Source: Gloeobacterales cyanobacterium
GTDB taxonomy: Bacteria; Cyanobacteriota; Cyanobacteriia; Gloeobacterales; PMM-0068
Direction: 5' to 3'
Assembly: GCA_038245785.1 (NCBI GenBank)
Contig: JBBRSB010000047.1
Coordinates: 1 to 17,497 of the forward strand
Length of the DNA stretch: 17,497 nt
Under the pieces are notes generated by a model that saw only the letters and a program-made list of their open reading frames with translations, ran no database searches and had not been told where the DNA came from. A program made the translations under genes and the position numbers. This document shows positions 7,955 to 16,599 of the stretch, in pieces (within the stretch, counting starts at the first letter, position 1; every line of letters starts with the position of its first letter).

Positions 7955-8827
7955 TTAACCGCTGGATAGTTTGCCACCTGTGACTTCAAAGACGCTTCCG
8001 GTAATAAAGCTCGCGTCCTGGGAGGCCAGAAATACATACATCGGAGCTAATTCTTCCGGCTGTCCGGGACGTTCCATCGCTACCTCATGACCGAAGTTAG
8101 CTACTTCTTCAATGGGCATTGTCCCTGGAATGTTAGGAGTCCAGACTGGACCTGGAGCGACCGCATTGACGCGAATTTTGCGGGGGGCAAGATTGAGAGC
8201 TAGCGCTTTGGTAAAGGCGTGAATCGCGCCTTTGCTGGCACAATAGTCCACCAACATCTCATTGCCTACTAAGCCAACGATACTACCGGTATTGATGATG
8301 GTGTCCTCCGCGCCCAAATAGGGTAAAGCGGCTTGGGCCATATAAAAATAACCAAAAATGTTTGTCTCTAAAGTACGGCGAAACTGTTCTTCATCAACGT
8401 CTTCAAAATTCTTTTGGGCCTTCTGGTACGCCGCGTTATTAACTAGGATATTGAGGCTACCGAGTTTGAGCACAGTTTGCTCAATGGCATGACGGCAATC
8501 CTGGGCAACCCGTACATCCCCTTTGAGCACAAGACATTGCTGACCTTGGGCCTCTACTAAACCCGCTGTAACCTGCGCGTCAGCATCGTTTTCGTTATAA
8601 AAAATTGCCACCTGCGCCCCTTCCATCGCAAAGGCTAAGGCGACTGCACGACCAATCCCCGAATCACCGCCTGTAATCAAGGCCGTTTTACCTTCGAGTT
8701 TGCCAGCTGCTTTGTAGTTAGCTAAGTCCGTGTCAGGAGTAGGATTCATGTCCTCTTGGCTAGCCGGGTAAGGTAGTTTTTGGGCTGGGATTTCAGCTGC
8801 CGTTGGACGAAATTCCTCCGTTTCCAT
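7955..8827 (-). CDS. Classical SDR oxidoreductase (YhdF/YdaD/YghA-like general-stress type)
   Basis: TGGDSGIG, NNAA, YCASK, RVNAVAPGPVWT, RPGQPEE. RBS GGAGG. Confidence 0.93.
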   Translation of the reverse strand: METEEFRPTAAEIPAQKLPYPASQEDMNPTPDTDLANYKAAGKLEGKTALITGGDSGIGRAVALAFAMEGAQVAIFYNENDADAQVTAGLVEAQGQQCLVLKGDVRVAQDCRHAIEQTVLKLGSLNILVNNAAYQKAQKNFEDVDEEQFRRTLETNIFGYFYMAQAALPYLGAEDTIINTGSIVGLVGNEMLVDYCASKGAIHAFTKALALNLAPRKIRVNAVAPGPVWTPNIPGTMPIEEVANFGHEVAMERPGQPEELAPMYVFLASQDASFITGSVFEVTGGKLSSG

Positions 8828-8900
8828 CTCAAACCTCCCTAAGGTAGTACAAATTTAGCGTCAACTTCACAGATTATGCGCCTCTCCCCAAATTTATGGC

Positions 8901-8916
8901 TCTATCCCGATGTAGA
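8901..8916. promoter_or_regulatory. Degenerate TCTATC-N4-GATAGA operator upstream of the SDR gene
   Basis: TCTATC ccga TGTAGA. A minus-strand -10-like TAATCT at 8876-8871 lies 24 nt away. Confidence 0.45.
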
Positions 8917-8925
8917 GAAAGCGAA

Positions 8926-11079
8926 TTAGCCCCCACGCGCCCGCACATAATGATCAAGGGCTTGTTCTAAAGGAGGTAACAGGAGACCCCGTTCAGAACC
9001 CAATACGCTGTAAGCGGGACGTGAAGCACGCTTTGCTGCGCTTGATGAAGTGCTGCCAACGATGATCCGGTCTGTGGCAATACGGGCTAACCGAGCAGCT
9101 TGGTGCGCGAGGGCAGCCCACGTCAATGCTCCCTGATTCGCCAGATGCCAGATACCCTTTTCGCCATCAATCAGGAGATCAAGACTGGCGTGGATCAGAT
9201 GCGGCACGTAGGTTGGTGAGATCAATGCATCCTCTGAAACAATTACCGCTTGGTTTTTAGCTAAGGTATCAAGCGTAAGCGTGACAAAGTTATAGGCATC
9301 CCAGGGGCTAAAGAAGGCACTAGTTCGCACCACTAGGGCATCAGGACAAGCCTTCAGGACAAGTCTTTCGGCAGTAGCTTTACTCTTACCGTAGATATTT
9401 AGGGGGCAAACTGCATCACTTTCTAGGTAAGGAGCGCGTTTGCTTCCATCAAAGACGAGATCTGAGGAAAAGGTGACAAGCGCAATCCCATACTCAGCAC
9501 AGGCTGCTGCTAGCACTGATGGGCCTGTGGTATTCTCCCTAAAACATTGATCCTCATCCTGTTCCGCATTATCAACCTGTACATAGCCCGCCGCATTGAT
9601 CACCGCCCACGGTGTGAGTTGATCTAGGAACAGATGGACAGCCATAGGATCGGCAATATCTAACTGGGAACGGTTCACTAAGCAATATTCCAAGCCGCGT
9701 TGCTCGCAAATGCGGGCGAAGGCCTGACCCAACGTACCCGTCGTCCCAACGATCAGTAACTTAGGGTAATCACTCCTAGGGGTTTTTCGTGCCTCCTGTG
9801 CTGAAGCCAAGTAAAGACGTTTAGGCGACCGCCACCATCCGGGCGTAGCCAGCACTGGGTGGTCGAAATGCTCATTGGCACTCAATGCGCAGATCAAGCG
9901 GGCGAGAATCGTCGGGCGTGGTTCCGGCCCTCGCAAGTCAAATACCCCGGATTCATACTGATTATCTTCACTACGTAATAAATTATCCCACCCAAAGTTT
10001 CCGAAGACTGACCAAGCAGTAACGGCCCTTAGATCAATGCCTTCTCTACGTAGCGTCAGCGCCGCTTCATAGACTTCGACAAACCAGCGCAACTGTTCCT
10101 CACGAGTACAGCCTAGATGCACCTCCGTAAAAGCAAGCGGCAGTCCATAGCGTTCCCAGGCCTCGCGCATCAGAGTCGTTGGACCAGCAATTCCTTGGGC
10201 GCGTACCCGCACTGCTTCGATGTCCACGTAGCGATGCCGACCATTACCGCCCTGAGGCAATGTGGGATAGCAATCCAAGCGGTCATCGAGGAAGCGTTCA
10301 CTCGTCAGGTAATAATTAAATCCGAGCATATCAGGTGGACAAGGCTCAAGACAAAAGGCTTCTAGTTCCGCTGCGCTTGCTCCTTCTTCCAGTAGATAGA
10401 GCCAAAGGGGGTGTTTTGGGTTCACTCGCCCACAGAGCAGATCCAGACTTAGCCACCGACGCAGATTCTCAAAATCCGCTTGGTAACGTAGGGCTGGGGT
10501 AGCGTAAACCCGGCAAAGGTCTTCAGTCTGCACTAATTGGGCCAATGGGTTATGCAGACGAATAGCGGCCATCGCCAACACCGTCGCTCGACACTGATTG
10601 AGCAAGGTACGTACAAAAGTCTTGCCATCCCGTCCATGAGGATACCAGTGACCATAGAGTCCGCTAAAACGTGCCGTAGTCAGGGGTTCATTAATCGGGG
10701 TATAGGCATCAACCCAGGGATAGCGTTGGGCCACTGACCCAGCAAAGCTAGCGAATTTATAGGCAAAGTCGGGATCAATGAGGCTAGTGTTGGGCGGACC
10801 ACTGCCATGGTGCAATAGTCCGACAATGGGCCTGATCCCAAGGCAGCGTAACTGCTCCAATCGTTGATCCGCCCAAGCCCAGTCTGTGGTGCGCTCCCAC
10901 AATATGGGATAGCGCACGGTACGTACTCCCAGTCCCGCAAGTCGCCCTAAGTCACTGCTCCGCTTATCATGACCACTACGTGCTAGTTGATCAAAGTACT
11001 GTTCACCGACGCGATTGACTGTACATTCCAGTCCGGCCCATAGTTCAACCGAGGCTAGCGTGTAAGCGTCCATTGACAT
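8926..11079 (-). CDS. GH1-like domain fused to an RmlD-like (dTDP-4-dehydrorhamnose reductase) domain
   Basis: N-terminal WAGLECTVNR, TPINEP, AFTEVH. C-terminal VGTTGTLG, INAAGYVQVD, SSDLVFDG, PLNIYGKSK, SPTY, RPAYSVL. It is one continuous ORF. Confidence 0.9.
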   Translation of the reverse strand: MSMDAYTLASVELWAGLECTVNRVGEQYFDQLARSGHDKRSSDLGRLAGLGVRTVRYPILWERTTDWAWADQRLEQLRCLGIRPIVGLLHHGSGPPNTSLIDPDFAYKFASFAGSVAQRYPWVDAYTPINEPLTTARFSGLYGHWYPHGRDGKTFVRTLLNQCRATVLAMAAIRLHNPLAQLVQTEDLCRVYATPALRYQADFENLRRWLSLDLLCGRVNPKHPLWLYLLEEGASAAELEAFCLEPCPPDMLGFNYYLTSERFLDDRLDCYPTLPQGGNGRHRYVDIEAVRVRAQGIAGPTTLMREAWERYGLPLAFTEVHLGCTREEQLRWFVEVYEAALTLRREGIDLRAVTAWSVFGNFGWDNLLRSEDNQYESGVFDLRGPEPRPTILARLICALSANEHFDHPVLATPGWWRSPKRLYLASAQEARKTPRSDYPKLLIVGTTGTLGQAFARICEQRGLEYCLVNRSQLDIADPMAVHLFLDQLTPWAVINAAGYVQVDNAEQDEDQCFRENTTGPSVLAAACAEYGIALVTFSSDLVFDGSKRAPYLESDAVCPLNIYGKSKATAERLVLKACPDALVVRTSAFFSPWDAYNFVTLTLDTLAKNQAVIVSEDALISPTYVPHLIHASLDLLIDGEKGIWHLANQGALTWAALAHQAARLARIATDRIIVGSTSSSAAKRASRPAYSVLGSERGLLLPPLEQALDHYVRARGG

Positions 11080-13477
11080 GGGTTACTTCCTGTTGTTTAG
11101 AGCTAATGCGGTCATAAAGGGTCAGGGATTGGGCGATGACCTGATCCATGTTGTAGTACTTATAGGTGGCTAGCCTGCCAACGAAATGAACACCCGCCGT
11201 GGATTGGGCTAGCAGTTGATATTTTTTGTATAGCTCATTATTCTCAGGTCGAGGCACAGGATAGTAGGGATCGCCCTCACTTTGCGGAAATTCATAGACG
11301 ACACTGGTCTGGGGATGCTGCTGCCCTGTCAGGTACTTAAATTCCGTTATTCGCGTATACGGATGCTGATTGGGATAGTTGACGACAGCCACGGGTTGGT
11401 AACTGCTGGTGGCATAGGTCTTATGCTTGAAGTTTAGGGAACGATAGGGAAGTTTGCCATAACGTAGGTCAAAGAACTCGTCCACGGAGCCGGTATAGAT
11501 CATTTGGTCATAGGGAATCTCGCCTTTAATTTCACGGTAATCGGTATTGAGCATTACTTTTATATTGGGGTGCGCCAGTAGGTTCTCAAAAAGGCGGGTG
11601 TAACCATGTAAGGGCATCGCCTGATAGGTGTCGCTAAAGTATCGACAGTCGCGGTTGGTGCGGACGGGTACACGAGCAATTACGGAGGCATCCAGTTGGG
11701 AAGGATCGAGGCCCCACTGCTTGCGGGTATAGTTGCGGAAGAATTTTTCGTATAATTCGCGTCCGATCTTGCTGACTACGACATCCTCGGAAGTGAGCAG
11801 TTGTTCGCGGGGTTCAGCAATGGACAAAAAGAACTGTTCCAATTGCTGTGCGGTGAGGCTGAGACCATAGAGTCTGTTGATGGTATCGAGGTTAATGGGC
11901 AATGGCAGGAGTTGACCATCTACGCTGGCGAGTACACGATGTTCATAGGCCCGCCACTCCGTGAAGCGCGATAGGTATTCAAAAACTTTGCTCGAATTGG
12001 TATGGAAAATGTGTGGGCCGTAACGATGAACCAGCAGTCCAGCATCGTCGTAGTGGTCATAGGCATTGCCACCAATGTGTGAGCGTCGGTCGACAACCAA
12101 GACCTTTTTATTCGCATCCCTAGCTAGCCGTTCTGCCAATACGCTACCTGCAAAACCTGCTCCAACAATTAAATAATCAAAGAGGGGCGAACGAATAGTT
12201 CGAGATAGTAGAGTGGGTTTTGGTAAAACCACCGCCTCAAGGTGTTGCATCATACCCCTCCACACTTGCTCCCAGGAGGCACTTTCTAAGAAAGCATCCA
12301 CTCGTTTTAATGAATCGGCATCCCTAGGAGCCAAGGCTGCCTCAATGGCTGCTATAAAGGCATCAATGCCATCGCCAATCTGTACTAGTCCCTGGGCACC
12401 ATAGGTATGTACGACATCATGAATCGGGGTCGAAACCACTGGCAAACCCGCTGCCAGATATTCTGGGGTTTTGGTAGGGCTGATAAAGCGTGTCGATTCA
12501 TTGAGCGCAAAAGGCATCAAGCCTACTTGCCAGGAAGCGAAATAGGCAGGGAGGTCGCTATAAGACTTAATGCCCAACCAATGGATATTCACTCGCTGGG
12601 GTAGATGGTCTGGATGAATCTTGGCAATTGGGCCTAGCATCACTAACTGCCAGTCGGGTCGTGCATCAGCTACCCGCGCCAATAGTTCAAGATCCATACG
12701 TTCGTCAATCACACCAGCAAAGCCAAGGCGCGGGCTTGCAATACCAACTTGGTCTAGGGGTTCATCCTGAGCTTGTCGGGCGCGGGCAAAATGATTGACA
12801 TCCACACCACTAGGAAAAGCATAGATGTTTTTGTGTAGATGGCGTTTTGCTTCATAGAGACGATGACCCCCTGTAAAGACTAGATTTGCTCGTTGCAATA
12901 ATTCTGACTCACGTTCAATCAGCTTGGTGGGGGCATAGCGGAAAGCAGAAAGTTCATCCATACAGTCATAAATAATGGCAAGGGGCTTTAGATCACGACT
13001 AAAGTCGAGGGCCATTGGCGTATAGTGCCACAGGATATACTCTTTTATTCGATAGTCATTCAGTAGTTGTACCAAAAGTGTCTGTAAGGTAGTTTCGCTC
13101 TGTTCCTGTGATAAATCCGCGACAAGATGAGGAACAGCAATCCAGACCCCACATCTATCACGATATACATCCACAAAACTGTCTGAAATAGCATCAACTA
13201 TAGGTTCCTCGACAAAAAATACACGCTGTTGGCGAGCAAAGCGGCTCATCAAATGTTGAGGTCTTTGGTAAACAAAATTCCAGCGGAGATGCGATATACA
13301 AACAAGGTCTATTTCACCCTTATCCCAGAGTTCTGCATTTTTGTTCCGTCGAGTAATGGATAGTTTAGAGCTATTACCATACGGCGATTCAGGTATATAG
13401 TTAGTGCTATCTGTCCTTTTGGAGTTCACTTTTTCAGAACCGTTTCCTGTTGTGCTGTAGGCTTCAGCATGATGCAT
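11045..13477 (-). CDS. glf: GT-B (GT4-like) glycosyltransferase fused to UDP-galactopyranose mutase
   Basis: N-terminal SHLRWNFVYQRPQHLMSR, YDCMDELS, SPTKTPEYLAAGLPVVST. C-terminal UGM motifs IVGAGFAG, HIGGNAYD, YGPHIFHT, YTRITEFK, GDPYYP, GRLATYKYYNMDQ. The start is uncertain (ATG 13477 or GTG 13507). Confidence 0.9.
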   Translation of the reverse strand: MHHAEAYSTTGNGSEKVNSKRTDSTNYIPESPYGNSSKLSITRRNKNAELWDKGEIDLVCISHLRWNFVYQRPQHLMSRFARQQRVFFVEEPIVDAISDSFVDVYRDRCGVWIAVPHLVADLSQEQSETTLQTLLVQLLNDYRIKEYILWHYTPMALDFSRDLKPLAIIYDCMDELSAFRYAPTKLIERESELLQRANLVFTGGHRLYEAKRHLHKNIYAFPSGVDVNHFARARQAQDEPLDQVGIASPRLGFAGVIDERMDLELLARVADARPDWQLVMLGPIAKIHPDHLPQRVNIHWLGIKSYSDLPAYFASWQVGLMPFALNESTRFISPTKTPEYLAAGLPVVSTPIHDVVHTYGAQGLVQIGDGIDAFIAAIEAALAPRDADSLKRVDAFLESASWEQVWRGMMQHLEAVVLPKPTLLSRTIRSPLFDYLIVGAGFAGSVLAERLARDANKKVLVVDRRSHIGGNAYDHYDDAGLLVHRYGPHIFHTNSSKVFEYLSRFTEWRAYEHRVLASVDGQLLPLPINLDTINRLYGLSLTAQQLEQFFLSIAEPREQLLTSEDVVVSKIGRELYEKFFRNYTRKQWGLDPSQLDASVIARVPVRTNRDCRYFSDTYQAMPLHGYTRLFENLLAHPNIKVMLNTDYREIKGEIPYDQMIYTGSVDEFFDLRYGKLPYRSLNFKHKTYATSSYQPVAVVNYPNQHPYTRITEFKYLTGQQHPQTSVVYEFPQSEGDPYYPVPRPENNELYKKYQLLAQSTAGVHFVGRLATYKYYNMDQVIAQSLTLYDRISSKQQEVTHVNGRLHASLG

Positions 13478-13527
13478 AATAACCCCACAAGGTACACCTA
13501 ATATCACTAGAGTTTAGTTTATTGTCC

Positions 13528-13543
13528 TCTATCGAAAGATAGA
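13528..13543. promoter_or_regulatory. Perfect palindromic operator TCTATC-N4-GATAGA upstream of the GT-glf gene
   Basis: TCTATC gaaa GATAGA, about 50 bp upstream of ATG 13477. Related copies are at 8901 and 16021. Confidence 0.55.
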
Positions 13544-13549
13544 TATAAC

Positions 13550-14880
13550 CAGGGTAAGCGCAAGAAAAAGATTCTCAAAATGTGCTAAGCCTTCGTGGCT
13601 GCTGCCAATATTTCGAGCATATAATTCGTACTCATTGCTGCCCGTTTAGTCTTTTGTCTAAGGCTACGTTTGGTCGAAGTTTCTTGATTGAGCACACCCA
13701 CCGCTAAATGTCTCAGCAAAGAGAAATTCTCAGGCCCGTGTCCGGTGCGAATTCGAGAAGCATCTTCCCGAAAGGTCACATCTAAAACCCAGTGCAGTTG
13801 ATTCTCAATCCCCCAGTGAGCGCGAATGGCTCGACCGATAGAAGCTGCATTGCACGCCATAGAACTCAGGTAAAACATCACCTTACGAGTAGTCTTGTTC
13901 CACAACCGCCTTACCCTCGATACCATTACGAGGGTTTTAAGTCCTGCCCATTGGGATATTTGATGCAACGTACCCATCTGGCTCAGGGGAACATTCCAGA
14001 CCTTACGAGTTTCTCGACGATGATGGCCTGTCTCAACTCGCGTATCATACTGGTGCTCAATCCCCTCAAAGTTTTGACGTTGGGCATCTTCAAACCAAAT
14101 TCTGACTTCATTCCATAGGGTGGGATGGTTCGCTTTCAGGCACAGGACATAATCTGCGCCCTTATCCACAATTTGCTGCGCGATCTCGGTTTGAGTGCCC
14201 ATTGCATCAATGCTGATAATACATCCACTGATATCCAGTAATTTAAGTAAGGCGGGAATCGCTTTGATTTCGTTAGTTTTATTCTCAACTTTCACTTGGC
14301 CTAGCATGAGACGATTTTGACTGGCTCAAGCGCTGACCATATGTAAAACGGACTGATTAGTTTTATGGTCATAGGAGCCTTTAAGGGTCTTCCCGTCGAT
14401 GGATATTACTTGGGCACCCGTCGCTTCGACAACCTGCTTAACCCAACCCAGAAAGCACTGCTGTAATTGCTCTGGATGGATGCGCTCAAAGACTCTTCTA
14501 TAGGTCTCTGCGTGGGGGATGCCATGTTTTAAGTTGAGAAACGTTCCGAGCCATGAATGGTGACTTTCTCCATACAGTTCGATGTCTTCCCAGCTACTTG
14601 CTCCAGCAATTGTCGCGAGGATGGCGATGAGCATGATGCTCAGAAACTCGTGCTCCACACCCTTCTTCTTTCGCGGGTCTTGAAGGGTCTTAAATTGCGA
14701 TATCCACCGTGATTGAATCGTCTTAGCGTCTATAGCAGGACGTATCTTTCGCGCTATTGCTGCTTGGCGGATTGATTGGGAGCGCTTTTCAAAACCTTTA
14801 AATATCTGGACCATACCCACGGAAATGACTGCATTTCCTGCCTAGCACATAATGACCCCGATTTTCTTGCGCTTACCCTG
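13550..14880 (-). mobile_element. ISAs1-family insertion sequence, 1331 bp
   Basis: Perfect 19-bp IRs cagggtaagcgcaagaaaa (13550-13568 / 14862-14880). 10-bp target duplication tagatataac (13540-13549) / tagatatagc (14881-14890) with one mismatch. Confidence 0.95.
13585..14820 (-). pseudogene. ISAs1 transposase with an in-frame nonsense codon
   Basis: Motifs DPR, IDGKTLKGS, IDAMGTQ, HWGIENQLHWVLDVTFRED. The two track ORFs are in the same frame, separated by TGA at 14328-14326 where VSAW (TGG) is expected. Confidence 0.92.
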
Positions 14881-14967
14881 TAGATATAGCTCATTGGAGC
14901 TTATTAGTTTTAATGCAAAATATAAGAGTGGAGATTAATTGGAATTAATCTGTGTGGTAGGCAATGG

Positions 14968-15903
14968 TTATCCCAAAAAAGCTGGATTTGTAGCTGTACT
15001 GTCGTTTTGTGTGGTTGTTTTGTACCGTTCATACTTCCCTTCCATAGCAGCAGTATGGGTACGGGCTAGTAAAGAGGATACTTGCTCTTGATTCATCGGT
15101 TCAAAAGTACGCACTGCTTCAAAAGCTTGTTCCAATAAGTCCATGCTGTCAATTCCCGTAATAACTACAGAGGTTGGCAAATTCATCGAATAATGTAAAC
15201 ATTCGATTGCATTTACTATATTACTTCTGAGAATGTAAGATTCCCCAAGCGACTTCATCCCTAATACGCCAATTTGTTTTTCGACCAGCTTCGGTAAAAC
15301 CAGTTTTTCAAAACTCCTGAAATGTGCGTCCATTACATTGAGGGGCATCTGCACTGCATCAAAGTGAACATTATTTTCTTCAGCAGCCTCCAACATCCTT
15401 AAATGAATGTGAGGATGTTTGTGACCAGTAAAGCCCATGTAACGAATTTTGCCCGCTTGTAGTGCCTCAAGCATCGCTTCCATAGCTCCTCCTGGCGAAA
15501 AAATACGATCAGGGTCTTCATAGCGCAGAATTTCATGGTGTTGCAGCAGATCAATGTGATCTACCTGTAAGTCTTTTAAGGATTCATCAATTTGCTGTTT
15601 GGCCGCCGCTTTAGTACGACCATCAATTTTTGTCATTAAGAAAACTTTTTGCCGGTAATTATTTTTGAGTGCTGCACCCATCCAACGGTGGCTACGTCCA
15701 TTATGGTAATCCCAAGAGTTATCCATAAAAGTAATACCTCGATCAACAGCAGAGCGAATTAACTGTATACTCTCTTGTTCTGTTTTTATAGCTCCAATAT
15801 GATAGCCACCTAACCCAATAACCGAAACCTGCTCTCCCGTTTGCCCTAAGGTACGATAGATCATTTCGCCGATTAACAAATCCTTTTTTGTTGCTGCCAT
15901 CAT
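14968..15903 (-). CDS. Aldo/keto reductase
   Basis: YRTLGQTGEQVSVIGLGG, FMDNSWDY, VFLMTK, SLKDLQVDHIDLLQHH, GKIRYMGFTGH. Confidence 0.92.
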   Translation of the reverse strand: MMAATKKDLLIGEMIYRTLGQTGEQVSVIGLGGYHIGAIKTEQESIQLIRSAVDRGITFMDNSWDYHNGRSHRWMGAALKNNYRQKVFLMTKIDGRTKAAAKQQIDESLKDLQVDHIDLLQHHEILRYEDPDRIFSPGGAMEAMLEALQAGKIRYMGFTGHKHPHIHLRMLEAAEENNVHFDAVQMPLNVMDAHFRSFEKLVLPKLVEKQIGVLGMKSLGESYILRSNIVNAIECLHYSMNLPTSVVITGIDSMDLLEQAFEAVRTFEPMNQEQVSSLLARTHTAAMEGKYERYKTTTQNDSTATNPAFLG

Positions 15904-16020
15904 GCTTACTCCCGTAGGATGGTGTTACTCGACGATTAGTTTTCTTCCTTTGACTACTGCCAAAGACTCACTAGAGCCTTTAGGCACTAATTATGATAAT
16001 GCTAACTTTTGTTAAAAAAA

Positions 16021-16036
16021 CCTATCTCAGGATATA
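16021..16036. promoter_or_regulatory. Degenerate TCTATC-N4-GATAGA operator upstream of the AKR gene
   Basis: CCTATC tcag GATATA (10/12). Minus-strand -10-like TATCAT (15998-15993) or CATAAT (15995-15990) lies 22-25 nt away. Confidence 0.45.
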
Positions 16037-16062
16037 GTTCTCTTTAGTAGTAATTATGCAAC

Positions 16063-16167
16063 TGACCTTGCCTCGAAAAAGTGGACATTCCCGAAGAGTC
16101 GATAACCGAGGAGAATGTTCAGATGACGAAAAAACCACGCAGGATATTTACTCCTGAGCAAAAAGCT
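16063..16167 (+). mobile_element. Stub of a second IS3-family element (left IR plus 15 codons of orfA)
   Basis: IS3-like IR tgaccttgcctcgaaaaagtggaca, then GAGGAG, then ATG 16123 MTKKPRRIFTPEQKA, cut exactly at the IS1 IR. Confidence 0.7.
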
Positions 16168-16250
16168 GGAGGTTGCACAATAGGGGTATGAAATGCCCAA
16201 AATGTCAGTCCCAGAACCTGTCAAAAAACGGCCACCGACGTGGTAAGCAA

Positions 16251-16316
16251 CCCTTCGGCTAGGCTCTCGGCTTCTCGGCTGCGCCTGCGGGACACGCCTG
16301 CCGCACACAGGGACCA
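16251..16316 (-). repeat. 66-nt nested mini-insertion (24-mer containing a 21-mer containing a 21-mer)
   Basis: Removing it restores GKQ|RYLC in frame. The parse is given in the findings. Confidence 0.8.
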
Positions 16317-16372
16317 CGCTATCTTTGTAAATACTGCAGCCATCAGTTTCCTGAGTCTTATCAAACTCAAGG

Positions 16373-16396
16373 TGGCCCCTGAGCCTAGCCGAAGGG
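16373..16396 (+). repeat. 24-nt small dispersed repeat
   Basis: tggcccctgagcctagccgaaggg. Removing it restores CAA GGT TAT CCA (QGYP). Confidence 0.85.
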
Positions 16397-16576
16397 TTAT
16401 CCAGATGCAGTCAAGAAGAACGCCTTACTTTCTACCTCAATGGCATGGGGTTTCGTGGTATTGAACGATCGACTGGTGTCTACCACAACACCGTCATCAA
16501 TTGGGTTAAGCAAGCTGCTTTTACCTTGCCAGACCCACCAGAAATCAAGGAAATTCCGACAGTCGCTCAGCTTGAT

Positions 16577-16599
16577 GTAGGCGTCAGCCGTGCGTAGCG
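16577..16599. repeat. About 20-nt GC-rich mini-insertion in the IS1 D-E-L-Q-T-F motif
   Basis: 23 nt (gtaggcgtcagccgtgcgtagcg) lie between GAT(D) and CTT CAG ACT TTT (LQTF), where a single Glu codon is expected. Confidence 0.65.

Noticed and set aside
7906..8037. First 44 codons of the 783-aa GMC ORF
   Set aside because: They overlap the SDR 3' end. A better start with an RBS exists at 7905/7902.
4528..14118. Numerous 60-120 aa antisense or alternate-frame ORFs in the track
   Set aside because: They lie wholly within well-supported genes and show no motifs, so they are shadow ORFs.
14932..14951. agattaatt-gg-aattaatct palindrome after the AKR stop
   Set aside because: AT-rich stem with a 2-nt centre and no U-tract. 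Too weak to call a terminator.
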